A DNA stretch of 64,000 bases, from the NCBI RefSeq assembly GCF_009914755.1, contig NC_060948.1; one strand, given 5' to 3'. Of this stretch, positions 28,470 through 42,712 are shown in pieces. The position numbers were made by a program, and so were the translations under genes. Origin of the DNA: the human T2T-CHM13v2.0 reference genome, Homo sapiens. Under the pieces are notes generated by a model, which saw only the letters and a program-made list of their open reading frames with translations, was not told where the DNA came from and did not search any database. Numbering within the stretch: position 1 is the first letter of the stretch; every line of letters starts with the position of its first letter.

Positions 28470-31400
28470 ACAGCCACGGAATGGAATGCACTCGAATGCA
28501 ATGGAGTCGAAACTAATGGACTGGAATAGAATGGACTCGACTGGTACGGACTCCAATGGAATGGAATCGAATGGAAGGGAATCGAACGGAATGGACTCGA
28601 AGGGAAAAGACTGCAATGGAAAGGTCTCGAATGGAATGGAAATTAATGGAATGGAATGGAATCGAATGAAATGGAGTCAAAAGGAATGGAATCGAATGGC
28701 AAGAAATCGAATGTAATGGAATCACAAGGAATTGATGTGAACGGAACGGAATGGAATGGAATCCAAAGGAATGGAATAGAATGGAATGGAATCGAATGGA
28801 AAGGACTCGAATGGAAATCACTCGAATAGAATGCAATTTAATAAAATAGGATCAAATGTAATGGAATGGAATGGAAAGGAATCGAAACGAAAGGAATGGA
28901 GACAGATGGAATGGAATGGAACAGAGAGCAATGGTATAGAATGGAATGGAATCATCTGGAATGGAATTGAATGGAATGGAATAATATGAAATGGAATGGA
29001 ATGGAATGGAATGGAATGCCCTTGAATTAAATGGACTGGAATGGAATGGACTCGAACAGAGTGGAATGGAAAGTGTTGAGATAGAATGGAATGGACTCCT
29101 TTGGAATGGTGTAGTATGCAATGCAATCGACTGGCAGGGAATCAAAAGGAATGTAATGGAATGGATTGGACTGGAATGCAATGGACTCGAATAGATTGGA
29201 AACGGAATGCAAAGGAATGGAATGGAATAGTATGGAATGGAATGGAAAGGAATGGAGTGGAATAGACTAGAGTGGAATGGAATGGACTGGAAAGCAATGG
29301 ACTGGAATGGAACTTTCTTGAATGGACTGGAATCAAACGGAATGGAATGCAATGCAATCAAATGGCATGGAATAAAATAGAATGAAAGAGAATCAAATGG
29401 AATTGAATCGAATGGAATCGAATGGATTGGAAAGGAATAGAATGGAATGGAATGGAATGGACTAGAATGGAATGGATTCGAATGGAAGGCAAAGGAATGG
29501 AATCTATTGGAATGGACTGTAATGGAATGGAATGGAAGGGATTGGAATGGACTCGAATGGAATGGACTGCAATAGAAAGGATTCGAATGGAATGAAAAAG
29601 AATTGAATGGAATAGAACAGAATGGAATCAAATCGAATGAAATGGAATGGAATAGAAAGGAATGGAATGAAATGGAATGGAAAGGATTCGAATGGAATGC
29701 AATCGAATGGAATGGAATCGAACGGAATGGAATAAAATGGAAGAAAACTGGCAAGAAATGGAATCGAAATGAATGGAGTGTTATGGAACGGACTCAAAAG
29801 GAATTGAATGTAATAGAATGGAGTGGAGTGGACTCGAATATAATGGACTGGAATGGAATGAAATCACAAGGAATGGGAACGAATGGAATGGAATGGAAAG
29901 GAATGGAATCGAATGGAAAGGAATCGAATGGAAGGGAATGAAATTGAATCAACAGGAATGGAAGGGAATAGAATAGACGGTAATGGAATGGACTCGAATA
30001 GAATGGACACGAATGCTCAAATTGAATGGACTCGAATGGAATGGAAACGAAAGGAATGTCATCGAATGGAATTGAATGGATTGGAATGAAATCGCATAGA
30101 ATGGAGTGGAATCAAATGGAATTGAATCGAAAGGAAAGGAAGCGAATGGACTGAAATGAAATGGAATGGAATTGAATGGAAAGTAATGCAATGGAATAGA
30201 ATGGAACGAAATTTCACGGAATGGAATCAAACTGAATGGAATCAAATCAATGGAATCAAATCAAATGGAATGGAAAGGAATTGAATGGAGTAGATTGGAT
30301 TGGATGGGATTGGAATGAAATGTACTGGAAAGGACTCGAATTTCATGAAACGGAATGGAATGAATTGGAACGGAATGGACTCGAATGGAATGGAATGTCA
30401 TGGAATGGCATCAAATGGAATGGCATCAAATGGAATGGAATCGAATGCAATGGAATGCTATGGAATGGAATGGAATGCATTGGAATGGAATGTCCTCTAA
30501 TGGAATGGATTCGAGTGGAATGGAATCGAATATAATGGAGTCGAATGAAATGGAATTGAAAGGAATGGGATCGAATACAATGGAATATACTGGAATGTAA
30601 TGTAATGAACTCGAATGTAATTGACTGGAATGGAATGTACATGAATGGAATGTAATCGAATGGAAAGTAATCCAATGGAATTGAATCTAATGCAATAAAA
30701 TCGACTCAGATAGAGTAGAATGTAATGGAATGGAGTGCAGTGCAATGGAATGGAATGGAATGGAATGCAATGGAATGGAATGGAATGGAATGGAATGGAA
30801 TGGGATGGAATGGGATGGAATGGTATGGAATGGATAGTAATGGACTGGAGTGAAATGGACTGGAAAGGAATGGACTCAAATTGAAAGGGCTCGAAAGGAA
30901 TGGAGTCAAATGGAATGGTCTGGAATGGAATGAACACGAATGTAATGCAATCCAATAGAATGGAATCGAATGGCATGGAATATAAAGAAATGGAATCGAA
31001 GAGAATGGAAACAAATGGAATGGAATTGAATGGAATGGAATTGAATGGAATGGGAACGAATGGAGTGAAATTGTATGCAGTAGAAGGGAATAGAATGGAA
31101 TGCAAGCGAAAGGAAAGGAATGGATTGGAATGGAATGGAATTCATTGGAATGGAAGGGAATGTAGTGTAATGGACAGGCCAGGAATAAAGTGGAATGCTA
31201 CGGTCTCGAATGGAATAAAAATATATGGAATGGAATGCAATGAAACGGAATCGAATGTCATAGAATGTAATGGAATGCAAAAAAATGGAATCCAAAATCA
31301 TTGACTGGAAAGGCTGGGTGTCGAAAGGAATTGACTCCAATGGAATGGAATCGAATGGAATGGAAGTGAATAGAATCGAACTAAATCGAATGGAATGGAA

Positions 31401-32018
31401 TTGATAGGAACGGAATGGAAAGGAATGCAATGATTTGGCACGGAATGGAATCGAATGGCATCGAATGGAATGGAATGGAATGCAATGGAATGGAATGCAT
31501 TAGAATGTAATGAACTTTAATGGAATGTACTCGAATGGATTCGACTGGAATGGAATGTTCTGGAAGTGAATGGACTCCAATGGAATGGATTCAAAAGGAA
31601 TGGAATCGTACGGAATGGAATCTAATGGAATGGAATTAAATGGAAATGAATCAAATTGAATAGCACGGAATTGAATTGAATGGAATGGAATGCAATGGAA
31701 TCTAATGAAACGGAAAGGAAAGGAATGGAATGGAATGGAATGGGCTGGAATGGAAAGGAATCGAAACGAATGGAATGGAATCGAACTGAAGAGACTGGAA
31801 TGGAATGCACTGGAATGGAAGGGAGTGTAATGGAAGGTTCTCGAAAAAAATGGAATCGAATGGAATGGAATTGAATGGAACGGAATAGAGTCGAATGGAA
31901 TTGAATGGAATGGAATGGACTAGAGTGAAATGGAATCGAACCACAAGGAATGGACAGGAATAGAATGGTCTCGAATTGAATGGAATCGTATGGAATGGCA
32001 TCAAACGGAATGGAATGG
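28470..32018 (+). repeat. Unit U9 (3549 bp)
   Basis: Landmarks at 28470 and 32019. 15-bp deletion near 29458, and StuI site mutated to AGGCCA at 31176-31181. Confidence 0.9.
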
Positions 32019-35000
32019 ACAGCCACGGAATGGAATGCACTCGAATGCAATGGAGTCGAAACTAATGGACTGGAATAGAATGGACTCGACTGGTACGGAC
32101 TCCAATGGAATGGAATCGAATGGAAGGGAATCGAACGGAATGGACTCGAAGGGAAAAGACTGCAATGGAAAGGTCTCGAATGGAATGGAAATTAATGGAA
32201 TGGAATGGAATCGAATGAAATGGAGTCAAAAGGAATGGAATCGAATGGCAAGAAATCGAATGTAATGGAATCGCAAGGAATTGATGTGAGCGGAACGGAA
32301 TGGAATGGAATCCAAAGGAATGGAATAGAATGGAATGGAATCGAATGGAAAGGACTTGAATGGAAATCACTCGAATAGAATGCAATTTAATAAAATAGGA
32401 TCAAATGTAATGGAATGGAATGGAAAGGAATCGAAACGAAAGGAATGGAGACAAATGGAATGGAATGGAACAGAGAGCAATGGTATAGAATGGAATGGAA
32501 TCATCTGGAATGGAATTGAATGGAATGGAATAATATGAAATGGAATGGAATGGAATGGAATGGAATGCCCTTGAATTAAATGGACTGGAATGGAATGGAC
32601 TCGAACAGAGTGGAATGGAAAGTGTTGAGATACAATGGAATGGACTCCTTTGGAATGGTGTAGTATGCAATGCAATCGACTGGCAGGGAATCAAAAGGAA
32701 TGTAATGGAAGGGATTGGACTGGAATGCAATGGACTCGAATAGATTGGAAACGGAATGCAAAGGAATGGAATGGAATAGTATGGAATGGAATGGAAAGGA
32801 ATGGAGTGGAATAGACTAGAGTGGAATGGAATGGACTGGAAAGCAATGGACTGGAATGGAACTTTCTTGAATGGACTGGAATCAAACGGAATGGAATGCA
32901 ATGCAATCAAATGGCATGGAATAAAATAGAATGAAAGAGAATCAAATGGAATTGAATCGAATGGAATCGAATGGATTGGAAAGGAATAGAATGGAATGGA
33001 ATGGAATTGACTCGAATGGAATGGACTAGAATGGAATGGATTCGAATGGAAGGCAAAGGAATGGAATCTATTGGAATGGACTGTAATGGAATGGAATGGA
33101 AGGGATTGGAATGGACTCGAATGGAATGGACTGCAATAGAAAGGATTCGAATGGAATGAAAAAGAATTGAATGGAATAGAACAGAATGGAATCAAATCGA
33201 ATGAAATGGAATGGAATAGAAAGGAATGGAAGGAAATGGAATGGAAAGGATTCGAATGGAATGCAATCGAATGGAATGGAATCGAACGGAATGGAATAAA
33301 ATGGAAGAAAACTGGCAAGAAATGGAATCGAAATGAATGGAGTGTTATGGAACGGACTCAAAAGGAATTGAATGTAATAGAATGGAGTGGAGTGGACTCG
33401 AATATAATGGACTGGAATGGAATGAAATCACATGGAATGGGAACGAATGGAATGGAATGGAAAGGAATGGAATCGAATGGAAAGGAATCGAATGGAAGGG
33501 AATGAAATTGAATCAACAGGAATGGAAGGGAATAGAATAGACGGTAATGGAATGGACTCGAATAGAATGGACACGAATGCTCAAATTGAATGGACTCCAA
33601 TGGAATGGAAACGAAAGGAATGTCATCGAATAGAATTGAATCGACTGGAATGAAATCGCAAGAATGGAGTGGAATCAAATGGAATTGAATCGAAAGGAAA
33701 GGAAGCGAATGGACTGAAATGAAATGGAATGGAATTGAATGGAAAGTAATGCAATGGAATAGAATGGAACGAAATTTCACGGAATGGAATCAAACTGAAA
33801 GGAATCAAATCAATGGAATCTAATCAAATGGAATGGAAGGGAATTGAATGGAGTAGATTGGATTGGATGGGATTGGAGTGAAATGTACTGGAAAGGACTC
33901 GAATTTCATGAAACGGAATGGAATGAATTGGAACGGAATGGACTCGAATGGAATGGAATGTCATGGAATGGCATCAAATGGAATGGCATCAAATGGAATG
34001 GAATCGAATGCAATGGAATGCTATGGAATGGAATGGAATGCATTGGAATGGAATGTCCTCTAATGGAATGGATTCGAGTGGAATGGAATCGAATATAATG
34101 GAGTCGAATGAAATGGAATTGAAAGGAATGGGATCGAATACAATGGAATATGCTGGAATGTAATGTAATGAACTCGAATGTAATTGACTGGAATGGAATG
34201 TACATGAATGGAATGTAATCGAATGGAAAGTAATCCAATGGAATAGAATCTAATGCAATAAAATCGACTCAGATAGAGTAGAATGTAATGGAATGGAGTG
34301 CAGTACAATGGAATGGAATGGAATGCAATGGAATGGAATGGAATGGAATGGAATGGAATGGAATGGAATGGGATGGAATGGGATGGAATGGTATGGAGTG
34401 GATAGTAATGGACTGGAGTGAAATGGACTGGAAAGGAATGGACTCAAATTGAAAGGGCTCGAAAGGAATGGAGTCAAATGGAATGGTCTGGAATGGAATG
34501 AACACGAATGTAATGCAATCCAATAGAATGGAATCGAATGGCATGGAATATAAAGAAATGGAATCGAAGAGAATGGAAACAAATGGAATGGAATTGAATG
34601 GAATGGAATTGAATGGAATGGGAACGAATGGAGTGAAATTGTATGCAGTAGAAGGGAATAGAATGGAATGCAAGCGAAAGGAAAGGAATGGATTGGAATG
34701 GAATGGAATTCATTGGAATGGAAGGGAATGTAGTGTAATGGACAGGCCTGGAATAAAGTGGAATGCTACGGTCTCGAATGGAATAAAAATGTATGGAATG
34801 GAATGCAATGAAACGGAATCGAATGTCATAGAATGTAATGGAATGCAAAAAAATGGAATCCAAAATCATTGACTGGAAAGGCTGGGTGTCGAAAGGAATT
34901 GACTCCAATGATATGGAATCGAATGGAATGGAAGTGAATAGAATCGAACTAAATCGAATGGAATGGAATTGATAGGAACGGAAGGGAAAGGAATGCAATG

Positions 35001-35586
35001 AATTGGCATGGAATGGAATCGAATGGCATCGAATGGAATGGAATGGAATGCAATGGAATGGAATGTATTAGAATGTAATGAACTTTAATGGAATGTACTC
35101 GAATGGATTCGACTGGAATGGAATGTTCTGGAAGTGAATGGACTCCAATGGAATGGATTCAAAAGGAATGGAATCGTACGGAATGGAATCTAATGGAATG
35201 GAATTAAATGGAAATGAATCAAATTGAATAGCACGGAATTGAATTGAATGGAATGGAATGCAATGGAATCTAATGAAACGGAAAGGAAAGGAATGGAATG
35301 GAATGGAAAGGGCTGGAATGGAAAGGAATCGAAACGAATGAAATGGAATCGAACTGAAGAGACCGGAATGGAATGCACTGGAATGGAAGGGAGTGTAATG
35401 GAAGGTTCTCGAAAAAAATGGAATCGAATGGAATGGAATTGAATGGAACGGAATAGAGTCGAATGGAATTGAATGGAATGGAATGGACTAGAGTGAAATG
35501 GAATCGAACCACAAGGAATGGACAGGAATAGAATGGTCTCGAATTGAATGGAATCGTATGGAATGGCATCAAACGGAATGGAATGG
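32019..35586 (+). repeat. Unit U10 (3568 bp), 'B' haplotype
   Basis: Landmarks at 32019 and 35587. CGCAAG deletion near 33660. Confidence 0.9.
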
Positions 35587-38500
35587 ACAGCCACGGAATG
35601 GAATGCACTCGAATGCAATGGAGTCGAAACTAATGGACTGGAATAGAATGGACTCGACTGGTACGGACTCCAATGGAATGGAATCGAATGGAAGGGAATC
35701 GAACGGAATGGACTCGAAGGGAAAAGACTGCAATGGAAAGGTCTCGAATGGAATGGAAATTAATGGAATGGAATGGAATCGAATGAAATGGAGTCAAAAG
35801 GAATGGAATCGAATGGCAAGAAATCGAATGTAATGGAATCGCAAGGAATTGATGTGAATGGAGCGGAATGGAATGGAATCCAAAGGAATGGAATCGAATG
35901 GAAAGGACTCGAATGGAAATCACTCGAATAGAATGCAATTTAATAAAATAGGATCAAATGTAATGGAATGGAATGGAAAGGAATCGAAACGAAAGGAATG
36001 GAGACAGATGGAATGGAATGGAACAGAGAGCAATGGTATAGAATGGAATGGAATCATCTGGAATGGAATTGAATGGAATGGAATAATATGAAATGGAATG
36101 GAATGGAATGGAATGGAATGCCCTTGAATTAAATGGACTGGAATGGAATGGACTCGAACAGAGTGGAATGGAAAGTGTTGAGATAGAATGGAATGGACTC
36201 CTTTGGAATGGTGTAGTATGCAATGCAATCGACTGGCAGGGAATCAAAAGGAATGTAATGGAATGGATTGGACTGGAATGCAATGGACTCGAATAGATTG
36301 GAAACGGAATGCAAAGGAATGGAATGGAATAGTATGGAATGGAATGGAAAGGAATGGAGTGGAATAGACTAGAGTGGAATGGAATGGACTGGAAAGCAAT
36401 GGACTGGAATGGAACTTTCTTGAATGGACTGGAATCAAACGGAATGGAATGCAATGCAATCAAATGGCATGGAATAAAATAGAATGAAAGAGAATCAAAT
36501 GGAATTGAATCGAATGGAATCGAATGGATTGGAAAGGAATAGAATGGAATGGAATGGAATTGACTCGAATGGAATGGACTAGAATGGAATGGATTCGAAT
36601 GGAAGGCAAAGGAATGGAATCTATTGGAATGGACTGTAATGGAATGGAATGGAAAGGATTGGAATGGACTCGAATGGAATGGACTGCAATAGAAAGGATT
36701 CGAATGGAATGAAAAAGAATTGAATGGAATAGAACAGAATGGAATCAAATCGAATGAAATGGAATGGAATAGAAAGGAATGGAATGAAATGGAATGGAAA
36801 GGATTCGAATGGAATGCAATCGAATGGAATGGAATCGAACGGAATGGAATAAAATGGAAGAAAACTGGCAAGAAATGGAATCGAAATGAATGGAGTGTTA
36901 TGGAACGGACTCAAAAGGAATTGAATGTAATAGAATGGAGTGGAGTGGACTCGAATATAATGGAATGGAATGGAATGAAATCACAAGGAATGGGAACGAA
37001 TGGAATGGAATGGAAAGGAATGGAATCGAATGGAAAGGAATCGAATGGAAGGGAATGAAATTGAATCAACAGGAATGGAAGGGAATAGAATAGACGGTAA
37101 TGGAATGGACTCGAATAGAATGGACACGAATGCTCAAATTGAATGGACTCGAATGGAATGGAAACGAAAGGAATGTCATCGAATGGAATTGAATGGATTG
37201 GAATGAAATCGCATAGAATGGAGTGGAATCAAATGGAATTGAATCGAAAGGAAAGGAAGCGAATGGACTGAAATGAAATGGAATGGAATTGAATGGAAAG
37301 TAATGCAATGGAATAGAATGGAACGAAATTTCACGGAATGGAATCAAACTGAATGGAATCAAATCAATGGAATCAAATCAAATGGAATGGAAAGGAATTG
37401 AATGGAGTAGATTGGATTGGATGGGATTGGAATGAAATGTACTGGAAAGGACTCGAATTTCATGAAACGGAATGGAATGAATTGGAACGGAATGGACTCG
37501 AATGGAATGGAATGTCATGGAATGGCATCAAATGGAATGGCATCAAATGGAATGGAATCGAATGCAATGGAATGCTATGGAATGGAATGGAATGCATTGG
37601 AATGGAATGTCCTCTAATGGAATGGATTCGAGTGGAATGGAATCGAATATAATGGAGTCGAATGAAATGGAATTGAAAGGAGTGGGATCGAATACAATGG
37701 AATATACTGGAATGTAATGTAATGAACTCGAATGTAATTGACTGGAATGGAATGTACATGAATGGAATGTAATCGAATGGAAAGTAATCCAATGGAATAG
37801 AATCTAATGCAATAAAACCGACTCAGATAGAGTAGAATGTAATGGAATGGAGTGCAGTGCAATGGAATGGAATGGAATGGAAGGCAATGGAATGGAATGG
37901 AATGGAATGGAATGGAATGGAATGGAATGGAATGGGATGGAATGGGATGGAATGGATAGTAATGGACTGGAGTGAAATGGACTGGAAAGGAATGGACTCA
38001 AATTGAAAGGGCTCGAAAGGAATGGAGTCAAATGGAATGGTCTGGAATGGAATGAACACGAATGTAATGCAATCCAATAGAATGGAATCGAATGGCATGG
38101 AATATAAAGAAATGGAATCGAAGAGAATGGAAACAAATGGAATGGAATTGAATGGAATGGAATTGAATGGAATGGGAACGAATGGAGTGAAATTGTATGC
38201 AGTAGAAGGGAATAGAATGGAATGCAAGCGAAAGGAAAGGAATGGATTGGAATGGAATGGAATTCATTGGAATGGAAGGGAATGTAGTGTAATGGACAGG
38301 CCTGGAATAAAGTGGAATGCTACGGTCTCGAATGGAATAAAAATGTATGGAATGGAATGCAATGAAACGGAATCGAATGTCATAGAATGTAATGGAATGC
38401 AAAAAAATGGAATCCAAAATCATTGACTGGAAAGGCTGGGTGTCGAAAGGAATTGACTCCAATGGAATGGAATCGAATGGAATGGAAGTGAATAGAATCG

Positions 38501-39140
38501 AACTAAATCGAATGGAATGGAATTGATAGGAACGGAATGGAAAGGAATGCAATGATTTGGCATGGAATGGAATCGAATGGCATCGAATGGAATGGAATGG
38601 AATGCAATGGAATGGAATGTATTAGAATGTAATGAACTTTAATGGAATGTACTCGAATGGATTCGACTGGAATGGAATGTTCTGGAAGTGAATGGACTCC
38701 AATGGAATGGATTCAAAAGGAATGGAATCGTACGGAATGGAATCTAATGGAATGGAATTAAATGGAAATGAATCAAATTGAATAGCACGGAATTGAATTG
38801 AATGGAATGGAATGTAATGGAATCTAATGAAACGGAAAGGAAAGGAATGGAATGGAATGGAAAGGGCTGGAATGGAAAGGAATCGAAACGAATGGAATGG
38901 AATCGAACTGAAGAGACTGGAATGGAATGCACTGGAATGGAAGGGAGTGTAATGGAAGGTTCTCGAAAAAAATGGAATCGAATGGAATGGAATTGAATGG
39001 AACGGAATAGAGTCGAATGGAATTGAATGGAATGGAATGGACTAGAGTGAAATGGAATCGAACCACAAAGAATGGACAGGAATAGAATGGTCTCGAATTG
39101 AATGGAATCGTATGGAATGGCATCAAACGGAATGGAATGG
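35587..39140 (+). repeat. Unit U11 (3554 bp), 'C' haplotype
   Basis: Landmarks at 35587 and 39141. 15-bp deletion near 35890. Confidence 0.9.
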
Positions 39141-42100
39141 ACAGCCACGGAATGGAATGCACTCGAATGCAATGGAGTCGAAACGTCGAAACTAATGGAC
39201 TGGAATAGAATGGACTCGACTGGTACGGACTCCAATGGAATGGAATCGAATGGAAGGGAATCGAACGGAATGGACTCGAAGGGAAAAGACTGCAATGGAA
39301 AGGTCTCGAATGGAATGGAAATTAATGGAATGGAATGGAATCGAATGAAATGGAGTCAAAAGGAATGGAATCGAATGGCAAGAAATCGAATGTAATGGAA
39401 TCGCAAGGAATTGATGTGAACGGAACGGAATGGAATGGAATCCAAAGGAATGGAATAGAATGGAATGGAATCGAATGGAAAGGACTCGAATGGAAATCAC
39501 TCGAATAGAATGCAATTTAATAAAATAGGATCAAATGTAATGGAATGGAATGGAAAGGAATCGAAACGAAAGGAATGGAGACAGATGGAATGGAATGGAA
39601 CAGAGAGCAATGGTATAGAATGGAATGGAATCATCTGGAATGGAATTGAATGGAATGGAATAATATGAAATGGAATGGAATGGAATGGAATGGAATGTCC
39701 TTGAATTAAATGGACTGGAATGGAATGGACTCGAACAGAGTGGAATGGAAAGTGTTGAGATAGAATGGAATGGACTCCTTTGGAATGGTGTAGTATGCAA
39801 TGCAATCGACTGGCAGGGAATCAAAAGGAATGTAATGGAATGGATTGGACTGGAATGCAATGGACTCGAATAGATTGGAAACGGAATGCAAAGGAATGGA
39901 ATGGAATAGTATGGAATGGAATGGAAAGGAATGGAGTGGAATAGACTAGAGTGGAATGGAATGGACTGGAAAGCAATGGACTGGAATGGAACTTTCTTGA
40001 ATGGACTGGAATCAAACGGAATGGAATGCAATGCAATCAAATGGCATGGAATAAAATAGAATGAAAGAGAATCAAATGGAATTGAATCGAATGGAATCGA
40101 ATGGATTGGAAAGGAATAGAATGGAATGGAATGGAATTGACTCAAATGGAATGGACTAGAATGGAATGGATTCGAATGGAAGGCAAAGGAATGGAATCTA
40201 TTGGAATGGACTGTAATGGAATGGAATGGAAGGGATTGGAATGGACTCGAATGGAATGGACTGCAATAGAAAGGATTCGAATGGAATGAAAAAGAATTGA
40301 ATGGAATAGAACAGAATGGAATCAAATCGAATGAAATGGAATGGAATAGAAAGGAATGGAATGAAATGGAATGGAAAGGATTCGAATGGAATGCAATCGA
40401 ATGGAATGGAATCGAACGGAATGGAATAAAATGGAAGAAAACTGGCAAGAAATGGAATCGAAATGAATGGAGTGTTATGGAACGGACTCAAAAGGAATTG
40501 AATGTAATAGAATGGAGTGGAGTGGACTCGAATATAATGGACTGGAATGGAATGAAATCACAAGGAATGGGAACGAATGGAATGGAATGGAAAGGAATGG
40601 AATCGAATGGAAAGGAATCGAATGGAAGGGAATGAAGTTGAATCAACAGGAATGGAAGGGAATAGAATAGACGGTAATGGAATGGACTCGAATAGAATGG
40701 ACACGAATGCTCAAATTGAATGGACTCGAATGGAATGGAAACGAAAGGAATGTCATCGAATGGAATTGAATGGATTGGAATGAAATCGCATAGAATGGAG
40801 TGGAATCAAATGGAATTGAATCGAAAGGAAAGGAAGCGAATGGACTGAAATGAAATGGAATGGAATTGAATGGAAAGTAATGCAATGGAATAGAATGGAA
40901 CGAAATTTCACGGAATGGAATCAAACTGAATGGAATCAAATCAATGGAATCAAATCAAATGGAATGGAAAGGAATTGAATGGAGTAGATTGGATTGGATG
41001 GGATTGGAATGAAATGTACTGGAAAGGACTCGAATTTCATGAAACGGAATGGAATGAATTGGAACGGAATGGACTCGAATGGAATGGAATGTCATGGAAT
41101 GGCATCAAATGGAATGGCATCAAATGGAATGGAATCGAATGCAATGGAATGCTATGGAATGGAATGGAATGCATTGGAATGGAATGTCCTCTAATGGAAT
41201 GGATTCGAGTGGAATGGAATCGAATATAATGGAGTCGAATGAAATGGAATTGAAAGGAATGGGATCGAATACAATGGAATATACTGGAATGTAATGTAAT
41301 GAACTCGAATGTAATTGACTGGAATGGAATGTACATGAATGGAATGTAATCGAATGGAAAGTAATCCAATGGAATAGAATCTAATGCAATAAAACCGACT
41401 CAGATAGAGTAGAATGTAATGGAATGGAGTGCAGTGCAATGGAATGGAATGGAATGGAATGCAATGGAATGGAATGGAATGGAATGGAATGGAATGGGAT
41501 GGAATGGGATGGAATGGGATGGAATGGATAGTAATGGACTGGAGTGAAATGGACTGGAAAGGAATGGACTCAAATTGAAAGGGCTCGAAAGGAATGGAGT
41601 CAAATGGAATGGTCTGGAATGGAATGAACACGAATGTAATGCAATCCAATAGAATGGAATCGAATGGCATGGAATATAAAGAAATGGAATCGAAGAGAAT
41701 GGAAACAAATGGAATGGAATTGAATGGAATGGAATTGAATGGAATGGGAACGAATGGAGTGAAATTGTATGCAGTAGAAGGGAATAGAATGGAATGCAAG
41801 CGAAAGGAAAGGAATGGATTGGAATGGAATGGAATTCATTGGAATGGAAGGGAATGTAGTGTAATGGACAGGCCTGGAATAAAGTGGAATGCTACGGTCT
41901 CGAATGGAATAAAAATGTATGGAATGGAATGCAATGAAACGGAATCGAATGTCATAGAATGTAATGGAATGCAAAAAAATGGAATCCAAAATCATTGACT
42001 GGAAAGGCTGGGTGTCGAAAGGAATTGACTCCAATGGAATGGAATCGAATGGAATGGAAGTGAATAGAATCGAACTAAATCGAATGGAATGGAATTGATA

Positions 42101-42712
42101 GGAACGGAATGGAAAGGAATGCAATGATTTGGCACGGAATGGAATCGAATGGCATCGAATGGAATGGAATGGAATGCAATGGAATGGAATGCATTAGAAT
42201 GTAATGAACTTTAATGGAATGTACTCGAATGGATTCGACTGGAATGGAATGTTCTGGAAGTGAATGGACTCCAATGGAATGGATTCCAAAGGAATGGAAT
42301 CGTACGGAATGGAATCTAATGGAATGGAATTAAATGGAAATGAATCAAATTGAATAGCACGGAATTGAATTGAATGGAATGGAATGCAATGGAATCTAAT
42401 GAAACGGAAAGGAAAGGAATGGAATGGAATGGAATGGGCTGGAATGGAAAGGAATCGAAACGAATGGAATGGAATCGAACTGAAGAGACTGGAATGGAAT
42501 GCACTGGAATGGAAGGGAGTGTAATGGAAGGTTCTCGAAAAAAATGGAATCGAATGGAATGGAATTGAATGGAACGGAATAGAGTCGAATGGAATTGAAT
42601 GGAATGGAATGGACTAGAGTGAAATGGAATCGAACCACAAGGAATGGACAGGAATAGAATGGTCTCGAATTGAATGGAATCGTATGGAATGGCATCAAAC
42701 GGAATGGAATGG
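39141..42712 (+). repeat. Unit U12 (3572 bp)
   Basis: Landmarks at 39141 and 42713. 8-bp duplication GTCGAAAC x2 at 39177-39192. Confidence 0.9.
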
